Positions 1 through 6,588 of a stretch of 64,000 nt of DNA are shown here, one piece after another. This DNA comes from an uncultured virus (IMG/VR IMGVR_UViG_3300021963_000099) (Duplodnaviria; Heunggongvirae; Uroviricota; Caudoviricetes), in IMG/VR virus record IMGVR_UViG_3300021963_000099; one strand, 5' to 3'. Under the pieces are notes generated by a model. The model did no database searches. It was not told the origin of the DNA and worked only from the letters and a program-made list of their open reading frames with translations. Position 1 is the stretch's first letter; every line of letters begins with the position of its first letter. Made by a program: the position numbers and the translations under genes.

Positions 1-4
1 CATT

Positions 5-37
5 AGAGGAGAGGTCATTCTCTCCTCTTTTTGTTTT
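5..37 (+). terminator. Rho-independent terminator
   Basis: AGAGGAGAG(5-13)/CTCTCCTCT(20-28) 9-bp stem with a 6-nt loop, followed by TTTTTGTTTT. Confidence 0.8.
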
Positions 38-340
38 ATCTGCAATCAACCCATTCGTGATGTAGTCTTTGTCATCTGCAGTGAAATTAAAGAAAAATCA
101 ATTATAGATCATTTCATTCGTTAAGTAGTCTATGTAAGTATTCGTTATCTTGTGTATTTGTATTGGTATTATTATTCTATTCGTTAAATTAGTTTTAAAT
201 GTTTTATATTTTAAATCAATTAAAAATGTATTAAAAAATGTATTCGTGTTGTTTGTTTCGTTGTATAATGATAGTGTTATATGGTTATTCGTAGAGTATT
301 GTACCTTATGTGTCTGTAAATGCCCTTATAAATGTGCTGA

Positions 341-377
341 GGTCTTGTGATCTTGGCGTGCGCGTTATCACAAGACC
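341..377. repeat. Perfect 11-bp inverted repeat
   Basis: GGTCTTGTGAT(341-351)...ATCACAAGACC(367-377); a minus-strand TTGACA lies at 390-385. Confidence 0.75.
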
Positions 378-461
378 GCGAAAATGTCAAGCGCCCCCCG
401 ATCATAAAACCCTGACATAACCTCATAAAATCTCAGAGTCTCTCATAAATACGCACAAGGA

Positions 462-490
462 TTGACAATTTCCCATAAGGATTCTATACT
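462..490 (+). promoter_or_regulatory. Sigma70-type early promoter
   Basis: TTGACA(462-467)-17 nt-TATACT(485-490), then GAGG SD-like sequence and ATG at 520. Confidence 0.85.
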
Positions 491-519
491 GTTTACTGTC
501 AACGAATCGAGGAAGTCTC

Positions 520-687
520 ATGTCTGCAACTTATCAGATGGCACAGAAGCGTCATGTTAGGATCACTCTAGATCTTGATGTTCTAGGTGATTTCGATCCC
601 CGTCAGATTGATTGGGAGAAAGTATTCAAACTAGAACCAAATGAGAGCGTGAAAGCATATGTTGAAGACTTCGATGTTGACTGGTAA
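520..687 (+). CDS. Small hypothetical early protein (55 aa, MSATYQMAQKRHVRITLDLDV...VEDFDVDW)
   Basis: Not in the ORF track (below 60 aa). Open frame ATG520-TAA687, consensus promoter and SD upstream, protein-like composition. Confidence 0.8.
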   Translation: MSATYQMAQKRHVRITLDLDVLGDFDPRQIDWEKVFKLEPNESVKAYVEDFDVDW

Positions 688-725
688 AGTATAAGAAACT
701 ACGAGTCTTATAGTGTGATTTAACA

Positions 726-882
726 GTATAACGATAGCGTTATATTCGTTAAGTAATCATTCTATAAGATTCGTTGAGTAACATAGTATAACAGTAGCGT
801 TATGTGCTGATTCGTGAAGTTGTGTTATCACACTAGCGTTATATGTTACTCTATGTTATTATGGTATAACGATAGCGTTATG
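726..882. repeat. Array of four 18-bp palindromic repeats (GTATAACGATAGCGTTAT consensus)
   Basis: TAGCGTT cores at 735, 795, 834 and 873; ATAACG-ATAG-CGTTAT dyad; a degenerate fifth copy (GTATAATGATAGTGTTAT) at 263-280. Confidence 0.85.
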
Positions 883-912
883 CCTGTTTTTTATGCTTTT
901 GTGAGTGGGTAT

Positions 913-992
913 TATTTCAGCGCAGGGGCAGTGGCGACCTTTTTTGTCATCAGTGCTACATCGCACCTCGTTTGATTGTCCCCATATTCTAC
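913..992 (-). ncRNA. Putative small RNA element, copy 1 (coordinates include its -10 box)
   Basis: Shares the identical 15-mer TATTTCAGCGCAGGG and 13-mer CCCCATATTCTAC with 1428-1504; on the minus strand an extended -10 (TGGTAGAAT) precedes a GC-rich non-coding tract. Confidence 0.45.
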
Positions 993-1033
993 CATGCCAT
1001 AAGGGCATTATGGGGGCACAGAGACGCCTCTGA

Positions 1034-1090
1034 GGACACTATGATAGGTGGCACAAGATACTTGACCCTGCAGAGAATCTATGAGATCTT
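1034..1090 (+). promoter_or_regulatory. Early promoter with upstream GGACACT-N7-GTGGCACA motif
   Basis: Motif at 1034-1055; TTGACC(1062-1067)-17 nt-GATCTT (weak -10); similar motif at 62938-62959. Confidence 0.55.
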
Positions 1091-1115
1091 ATAAGGGTCG
1101 CAAGGGATTCAACCC

Positions 1116-1289
1116 ATGGCAGTCGATTCACTCTCCAAAGCAGTTTACCGCCAACTGTTCACTGAGGATCAGTGGAATATGATTTATAATTTTGTCGGAA
1201 ATGCACTCGATGATGATGCTGAACTCTTCAATCCTGAGGATGTTTATGCTATCCGCAAAAAGATTCATCTTCTGTTTGATCAAGACTGA
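1116..1289 (+). CDS. Small hypothetical early protein (57 aa, MAVDSLSKAVYRQLFTEDQW...HLLFDQD)
   Basis: Not in the ORF track. ATG1116-TGA1289 open frame, flanked by a promoter and a terminator. Confidence 0.75.
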   Translation: MAVDSLSKAVYRQLFTEDQWNMIYNFVGNALDDDAELFNPEDVYAIRKKIHLLFDQD

Positions 1290-1306
1290 TTGATTAGTAT
1301 TACATA

Positions 1307-1341
1307 AGGAGTTTGTGATTCTTATTGCAAACTCCTCTTTT
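1307..1341 (+). terminator. Rho-independent terminator
   Basis: AGGAGTTTG(1307-1315)/CAAACTCCT(1328-1336) stem, extendable by G-U pairs, followed by CTTTT. Confidence 0.75.
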
Positions 1342-1427
1342 ATTCTTTATACTTAGTTAAATGTAAAGAATTAAATAAGAGTTCTTATTAATAATACAAA
1401 CTCACTGTTTAATTCTTTATACTTAAC

Positions 1428-1504
1428 TATTTCAGCGCAGGGTAGGTTTCCCGTTTTGTATCATCGCGCCCCTGCGCTCCTTTGCTTGTCTCCCCATATT
1501 CTAC
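1428..1504 (-). ncRNA. Putative small RNA element, copy 2 (coordinates include its -10 box)
   Basis: Minus strand: TAGAAT -10, then GGGGAGACAAGCAAAGG-AGCGCAGGG...CCCTGCGCT-GAAATA (9-bp closing stem); homologous to 913-992. Confidence 0.5.
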
Positions 1505-1594
1505 AGCATGGCGGAGCGTACCGCGACCCTTTTAACATCCCGAAACATTCGGGCATCTTATGGGAATGATCAGCAGGACTGATCGATCAGGGGG

Positions 1595-1622
1595 TTGGCA
1601 GGGGGTTGAGATGCTGTAGGAT
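1595..1622 (+). promoter_or_regulatory. Probable sigma70-type promoter
   Basis: TTGGCA(1595-1600)-16 nt-TAGGAT(1617-1622); the ATGCTGTAG context matches the divergent minus-strand promoter near 1500; leader hairpin GCGAGG/CCTCGC. Confidence 0.5.
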
Positions 1623-1664
1623 ACCTGCAAGCGAGGCAAACGGACCTCGCACCGCCTCAGGATC

Positions 1665-2336
1665 ATGCAAGTCGCTATCACCAAGGTTAGCAGCAACGCC
1701 AAAACCGGTCCGATCCCAACAACAACAACCGAGCGCAATTCTTGCTGGCAGGGTTGCCCTTTCTACGATAAGGGTTGCTACGCTAAAGGTGGACCGCAAA
1801 ACATACACTGGATGAAAGTAAGTTCGGGTGAGCGTGGTATGTCTTGGGATGCATTCTGCACCGAGATCCGTAAACTTATGCGTGGTCAATTGTGGCGTCA
1901 TAATGTATCTGGAGACCTGCCACATAATGGTCTCGGTGACATCGACGCCACTAAAGTTCAGCAGTTAGTTGATGCTAACCGTGGGCGCAAAGGTTATACC
2001 TACACTCACCACCCACTACACTCTGAGAATGTTAAAGTTCTGCAGGATGCTAACTCTAAAGGTTTCACTGTTAATGCATCTACAGAGGATGTAGAAGTGG
2101 CAGATAAAGTTATGACAGAGCACAACATTCCTGCAGTTGCTGTTGTCAAGTCTGAGGAATCACGCCGATTCTTTAACACTAGCAGCGGTCGTAAGGTTAT
2201 CGTTTGCCCTGCAACAATCCACGAGAATGTAACTTGCGCCACTTGTGGTTTGTGTGCCAAATCCGACCGTGAGTTTATTATTGCATTCCCTGCTCACGGT
2301 AACGCTAAGAAATCAGTCGATAAGATCGTCGCCTGA
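1665..2336 (+). CDS. Cys-rich putative Fe-S protein (Gp88-like / radical-SAM-like)
   Basis: CxxxCPxxxxGCYA motif, R-HxxGD, YTYTHH, C-terminal CPA-x7-CxxCxxC. Confidence 0.6.
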   Translation: MQVAITKVSSNAKTGPIPTTTTERNSCWQGCPFYDKGCYAKGGPQNIHWMKVSSGERGMSWDAFCTEIRKLMRGQLWRHNVSGDLPHNGLGDIDATKVQQLVDANRGRKGYTYTHHPLHSENVKVLQDANSKGFTVNASTEDVEVADKVMTEHNIPAVAVVKSEESRRFFNTSSGRKVIVCPATIHENVTCATCGLCAKSDREFIIAFPAHGNAKKSVDKIVA

Positions 2337-2350
2337 TTATTAAGATCTCG

Positions 2351-2390
2351 TGAGGGTGCTAAGTTATACTTAGTGCCCTTACAGTTCTTT
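2351..2390 (+). terminator. Stem-loop terminator candidate
   Basis: TGAGGGTGCTAAGT/ACTTAGTGCCCTTA stem (with G-U pairs) just after the stop codon, followed by CAGTTCTTT. Confidence 0.6.
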
Positions 2391-2712
2391 ATACAACCAC
2401 TGAAATCTTATTCGTTATTCTTTATTCGTGCAATCGCAGTTTATTCGTTATTCGTGTTAGCAGTATTTGCGATTTATTGTTTATTGTTATTAAAAATCAA
2501 TAGAGACCCTAACCTACAGAGGTGACAAAGCGCGAGAGAAATATAATACTCATAATTTTTTTCCGGAAGTATAAGAGTTCACATAAACCTTCAGAGTAGT
2601 TCGGAGAACCCTCTAAGTGGACATTCACGGAGGTCTCATATATAATGAGTAAGCAGATAAGAAATCTGTAAAATTATTCCGGAAATATTTTTTGCCCGTT
2701 GGAGGTTCATGT

Positions 2713-2898
2713 ATGGATAATGTGTATCATGTATATGTAAAAGATACATGCATATATCACAATTTAACAGAGGAAGAGTTTAATAACACTTGGAGTATGT
2801 TGAATACCATGGTGAATCTTCTTGGCAATTATAATAAGGAAGATTTAAGTTATGAATGTCTTGCGAGGGATAAGGAATATCTCAATGCATCGTATTGA
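2713..2898 (+). CDS. Hypothetical protein (61 aa)
   Basis: GGAGG SD at 2701-2705 supports ATG 2713 (MDNVYHVYVK...) over the TTG start in the track. Confidence 0.7.
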   Translation: MDNVYHVYVKDTCIYHNLTEEEFNNTWSMLNTMVNLLGNYNKEDLSYECLARDKEYLNASY

Positions 2899-2923
2899 CA
2901 TTATCATTTGAAAGGATTAGAAT
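2895..2923 (+). promoter_or_regulatory. Sigma70-type promoter
   Basis: TTGACA(2895-2900)-17 nt-TAGAAT(2918-2923). Confidence 0.8.
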
Positions 2924-2950
2924 TTGTACTGAAAAGTTATTAAAAAAACT

Positions 2951-3724
2951 ATGGCTAAAGGATTTACTGTTAAAGCAACACCTCCAAAACCCAAGAGTGA
3001 TGAAGCATCCTGGGATTATGAGGCCATTAAAGAAAGGATGCGAGGTAAGAGAATTGTATTCTGTCTACCTGGACGAGGTTGTTCATTTACATTTCTAAAA
3101 GCATTTGTACAACTATGCTTTGATCTCGTACAGAATCAGATGAGTATTCAGATCTCGCAGGATTATTCATCAATGGTTAACTTTGCACGCTGTAAGGTAT
3201 TAGGTGCAAATGTACTACGAGGTCCTAAGCAAGTTCCTTGGGACGGTAAGCTAGAATATGATTATCAACTATGGATTGATAGTGATATTGTATTCAATAC
3301 TGAAAAGTTTTGGCAACTATGTGATCTAGCACTTAATGAAAGTGGTGAAGAAAAAGAAATTGTTGCTGGTTGGTATTGTACCGAAGATGGTAAAACTACC
3401 TCAGTAGCACATTGGTTAGAAGAGGAAGATTTCCGCAACAATGGTGGTGTGATGAATCACGAAACCATTGATACAATGTCCCGTCGTAACAGACCATTCA
3501 CTGTAGACTATACAGGTTTCGGATGGGTTCTGATTAAGCGTGGTGTATTTGAAAATCTAGAGTATCCTTGGTTCGCACCTAAGATGCAAGTCTTTGAGTC
3601 TGGTGCAGTACAAGACATGTGTGGTGAAGATGTATCATTCTGTCTTGACGCAAAAGAAGAAGGATTTGATATCTGGTGTGATCCTCGTATTAGAGTTGGT
3701 CACGAGAAAACTCGCGTTATCTAA
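2951..3724 (+). CDS. GT-A fold (family 2-like) glycosyltransferase
   Basis: LWIDSDIVF DxD motif, TGFGWVLIKRGVFE, GEDVSFC, VGHEK; typical of the conserved cyanophage GT. Confidence 0.8.
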   Translation: MAKGFTVKATPPKPKSDEASWDYEAIKERMRGKRIVFCLPGRGCSFTFLKAFVQLCFDLVQNQMSIQISQDYSSMVNFARCKVLGANVLRGPKQVPWDGKLEYDYQLWIDSDIVFNTEKFWQLCDLALNESGEEKEIVAGWYCTEDGKTTSVAHWLEEEDFRNNGGVMNHETIDTMSRRNRPFTVDYTGFGWVLIKRGVFENLEYPWFAPKMQVFESGAVQDMCGEDVSFCLDAKEEGFDIWCDPRIRVGHEKTRVI

Positions 3725-3873
3725 TGGTAGACATTTATTATAAAGGTAGAAAGATTTATACACAACTATCTCATGAGGATGCTGCGGACATCCTTCATGA
3801 GATGGCTTTAGAATCTTATGAAGGAACTAAAGAGATTGATCTGAATGAGATTGAGATTGAGGATAGGATATGA
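3724..3873 (+). CDS. Small acidic hypothetical protein (49 aa, MVDIYYKGRKIY...EIEDRI)
   Basis: TAATG coupling to the GT stop and ATGA overlap with the next gene. Confidence 0.7.
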   Translation: MVDIYYKGRKIYTQLSHEDAADILHEMALESYEGTKEIDLNEIEIEDRI

Positions 3874-5108
3874 AAATTGCAGTAATTGGTAAAGGCACTA
3901 GTGCTATTATTACTGCATTGAGTCTTATCAAAGAGGGTCATGAAATTGAGATCTTTTATGACCCGGAATCTCCTCATTTAAGCGTGGGGGAATCTACAAC
4001 TCCACACATTGGAGAATTAATTAATTCCACATTAGATTTTAGTATTGGTCGTTTAAATGACCGTGGAATTGTTTCCTTTAAGAATGGTATTAAATTTATT
4101 GGATGGGGAGAACAAGAATACTTTAGACATCATTTTAATGATAATAGTCCCGCATTTCATTTTGAAACTGGAGTATTCAATCCTTTTATTCATGATTTAA
4201 TGAAGAAACAACTTAATGTTGTATATCATGCTGAAAGAGTAGATGACTATGAGATTGATACTGAGATTGAAAAAATCATTATCAATAATAAAAATTATGA
4301 TTTTATGGTCAATTGCTCTGGTTGGAATGATAGTACTAACTATTATGAACCTTATTTTCCTACAGTAAATTCTGCTATTCTTTATACTGAAAATAATATT
4401 GAAGATTCTACTTATACATTACACCGCGCTACTCCTCATGGTTGGCAATTTGGATTACCCTTTCCAGATAAAGGTATAACTAAATGTGGTTATCTTTTTA
4501 ATTCTGACTACGATAAAGTAGAAGATATTGAAAAATTATTTGAAGGTAAAGAGTATAAAAAAATATCTTGGAAACCAAAATATCATAATAAAATTGTAGA
4601 GAATAGATTTGTTGCTTATAATGGCAATCGTCTATTCTTCTTTGAACCTCTCCAAGCACTATCCCTTTTATACTATAATTCTTCAATAGATCTAATTATT
4701 AGATTTTTAAGCACAGGAAGATCTACACATTCTTATTATAAAGTAAATAAAAAATATCTGGAATTAATGTATGGTTATCATATATCTTTAGCACTCCACT
4801 ATCAATATGGGTCAAAGTATGATACTGTATTTTGGAATAATACTAAAGAATATGCATTAAAATATCTAAATCATCATCCAGCATATAGAAGAGAATCTTT
4901 ATATGATCAATATTATGGAGATAAAATCTCAAATAATATTGACGACTCTCTATCTGATATATTATCATTGGGTTGCTTCCAAAGCATAGATTATCGGGAT
5001 ATACATGGTGGCATGACTGGTATTGATTTAGATTCAGTTCCAGAAAGTGATCATAACATATTCCATTATCCAACTATTGAGCATAAGACAAACTGTAAAA
5101 AAGACTAA
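3870..5108 (+). CDS. Flavin-dependent (tryptophan halogenase-like) halogenase
   Basis: N-terminal IAVIGKGTSA dinucleotide motif, VGESTTP, conserved Lys in SFKNGIKF, GWQFGLP (WxWxIP variant), FFEPLQA. Confidence 0.8.
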   Translation: MKIAVIGKGTSAIITALSLIKEGHEIEIFYDPESPHLSVGESTTPHIGELINSTLDFSIGRLNDRGIVSFKNGIKFIGWGEQEYFRHHFNDNSPAFHFETGVFNPFIHDLMKKQLNVVYHAERVDDYEIDTEIEKIIINNKNYDFMVNCSGWNDSTNYYEPYFPTVNSAILYTENNIEDSTYTLHRATPHGWQFGLPFPDKGITKCGYLFNSDYDKVEDIEKLFEGKEYKKISWKPKYHNKIVENRFVAYNGNRLFFFEPLQALSLLYYNSSIDLIIRFLSTGRSTHSYYKVNKKYLELMYGYHISLALHYQYGSKYDTVFWNNTKEYALKYLNHHPAYRRESLYDQYYGDKISNNIDDSLSDILSLGCFQSIDYRDIHGGMTGIDLDSVPESDHNIFHYPTIEHKTNCKKD

Positions 5109-5128
5109 TTAAAAGAGGACAATTAATT

Positions 5129-5272
5129 ATGGCAATCAAAAAATCCCTTTCAGGAAAAACTATTATTGAGTCTAAACCAAAAAATACTCGTCAAGGTGAA
5201 GGACAAAATACTAAATACGCTGCAACAAGTCGTAATAAGGCGCGTAAACCTTATAGAGGTCAAGGAAAGTAA
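5129..5272 (+). CDS. Small basic protein (47 aa, MAIKKSLSGK...KPYRGQGK)
   Basis: GAGG SD upstream, open frame; YRGQG C-terminus is typical of a T4-like cyanophage small protein. Confidence 0.8.
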   Translation: MAIKKSLSGKTIIESKPKNTRQGEGQNTKYAATSRNKARKPYRGQGK

Positions 5273-5273
5273 T

Positions 5274-5879
5274 ATGTACCTTACAGAGTCTGAAGATGAA
5301 TGGAATTTTATTCATGATGAAGACCTGTGGATATACAATAAACTATTTTTAAGTCGGGTTTTAGGTTATAAGTGTGGTCCTGCTGGAACCACCGTTCCTA
5401 AACCCGATTTTTATATTGTTAGACCATCATTTAATTTACTTGGAATGGGTCGTCATGCTCGTATTACTAAATTAGAAGGTGATACTAACCACTTACATCC
5501 ATCAGAATTTTGGTGTGAAATCTTTACTGGAGAGCATATCAGTATTGATTACCGTAACAAAAGTCCAGAATTGATCATTTTGGGGGAAAGAGATCCTAAA
5601 AATCCCCTATATAAATGGAATAGGTGGTCAAAAATTGATAAGCACATAGATTTTCCTAAAATACTAAACAAGTTAAAAGGTAATTATGAATGGATAAACT
5701 GCGAATTTATTGGAAATAAATTAATTGAAGTTCATTTTAGAAGAAATCCAGATTTTAGATATGGTAATTCTGTAGCAATACCTATCTGGGAAGATGAAAA
5801 TATAAAAAATATTGAAAATTATACCTATATTGAAGATAATGACTATCTGAGGAAAGGATTTTATATTGACAAGGGATAG
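5274..5879 (+). CDS. Hypothetical protein, possible ATP-grasp-like fold (201 aa)
   Basis: Real start probably ATG 5274, just after the upstream stop. IVRPxxNxxGMG, WCExFxG and NCEF..LIEVHFR resemble ATP-grasp motifs. Confidence 0.55.
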   Translation: MYLTESEDEWNFIHDEDLWIYNKLFLSRVLGYKCGPAGTTVPKPDFYIVRPSFNLLGMGRHARITKLEGDTNHLHPSEFWCEIFTGEHISIDYRNKSPELIILGERDPKNPLYKWNRWSKIDKHIDFPKILNKLKGNYEWINCEFIGNKLIEVHFRRNPDFRYGNSVAIPIWEDENIKNIENYTYIEDNDYLRKGFYIDKG

Positions 5880-5920
5880 AAACCCCTTAAAAAGTTCTGA
5901 TTAAACTTAATCAGGAGAAC
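5871..5920 (+). promoter_or_regulatory. Two-hairpin leader that sequesters the SD of the next gene
   Basis: AAGGG/CCCTT hairpin, then CTGATTAA/TTAATCAG hairpin overlapping AGGAG (5913-5917). Confidence 0.55.
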
Positions 5921-5922
5921 AA

Positions 5923-6156
5923 ATGGGAAAACCATCAGATCGTAATAAAGAAATTATGTATGAATTATGGGGTACAACTAGTCTAACTTCAGATTATGGG
6001 TCTTTACAAAGTCAAAAAATGCTTAGAGAAATCACAAATGATGACCTAACACCTAAAAAACATAATTTTAAAGTTCAGAATGAATTGCATTCAAAAATAA
6101 GAAATGATGATGACTACGATGATTGGGAGTATGGAACAGAACCTTTATATGAATGA
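5923..6156 (+). CDS. Hypothetical protein
   Basis: AGGAG SD and open frame. Confidence 0.7.
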   Translation: MGKPSDRNKEIMYELWGTTSLTSDYGSLQSQKMLREITNDDLTPKKHNFKVQNELHSKIRNDDDYDDWEYGTEPLYE

Positions 6157-6157
6157 G

Positions 6158-6164
6158 ATAAATA
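6158..6164 (+). promoter_or_regulatory. T4-type late promoter (ATAAATA)
   Basis: Consensus directly upstream of g25. Other intergenic or gene-end copies at 20577, 21033, 30938, 34654, 41987, 46615, 49576, 51292, 51488, 52432, 52459, 55138, 58126 and 62831. Confidence 0.75.
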
Positions 6165-6189
6165 AAAAATAAGTCTATGCATAAACATA

Positions 6190-6588
6190 ATGGCTCTAAA
6201 AGTTAGTAAGTCATTTTTAGATCTAAGTATGACATTTGCAAGAAATCCTGTCACTAATGACTTGATTTTCTTAAGAAATGAACTTGCAATTTCTAGAGCC
6301 GTTAGAAATATTGTATTAACTATTCCTGGAGAAAGACCATTTCAACCAGAATTTGGAACTGATATTAATAGATCATTATTTGAAAATATGACTCCTTTTA
6401 ATGCTAATATTATAAAGGATCAAATAACTGCAAGTATTAATAGATTTGAACCTAGAGTAGAACTTATTGAAGTAATTGTAGATCCATTTTATGATTCAAA
6501 CTTTTATAATGTGATTATAAACTATAAAATAGTTGGTATTGATGTACCACCACAGTCCTTAAACTTTGTCCTACAATCAAATAGATAA
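6190..6588 (+). CDS. g25: Baseplate wedge subunit gp25
   Basis: AIxRAVRNIVLTIPGERPFQPEFG and INRFEPRV motifs. Confidence 0.92.
   Translation: MALKVSKSFLDLSMTFARNPVTNDLIFLRNELAISRAVRNIVLTIPGERPFQPEFGTDINRSLFENMTPFNANIIKDQITASINRFEPRVELIEVIVDPFYDSNFYNVIINYKIVGIDVPPQSLNFVLQSNR

Noticed and set aside
150..350. 66-aa ORF from the track
   Set aside because: TTG start, no SD, low-complexity T-rich translation across the ATTCGT tract; probably non-coding.
726..882. CRISPR array
   Set aside because: Repeats are only about 18 bp, spacer lengths are irregular (42/21/21), there is no CRISPR-like terminal GAAAC/G and no cas genes in the window. Kept as an unexplained repeat array.
913..960. Hammerhead ribozyme (minus strand CTGATGA...GAAA)
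   Set aside because: Stem II cannot close between CUGAUGA and GAAA, stems I and III are not evident, and copy 2 has CGATGA.
913..1470. Box C/D or TIGR-like guide RNAs (TGATGA...CTGA on the minus strand)
   Set aside because: No terminal stem flanks the boxes, box C is degenerate in copy 2, the units are not tandem and no Nop-domain gene is in the window. It cannot be fully excluded without the rest of the genome.
1532..2260. Alternative-frame and minus-strand ORFs (1532-1738, 1587-1925, 1606-1815, 2006-2260)
   Set aside because: Shadows of the GC-richer 1665-2336 gene; no independent signals.
5166..5273. N-terminal extension of the 237-aa ORF
   Set aside because: It overlaps the better-supported 47-aa gene at 5129-5272; the true start is probably 5274.
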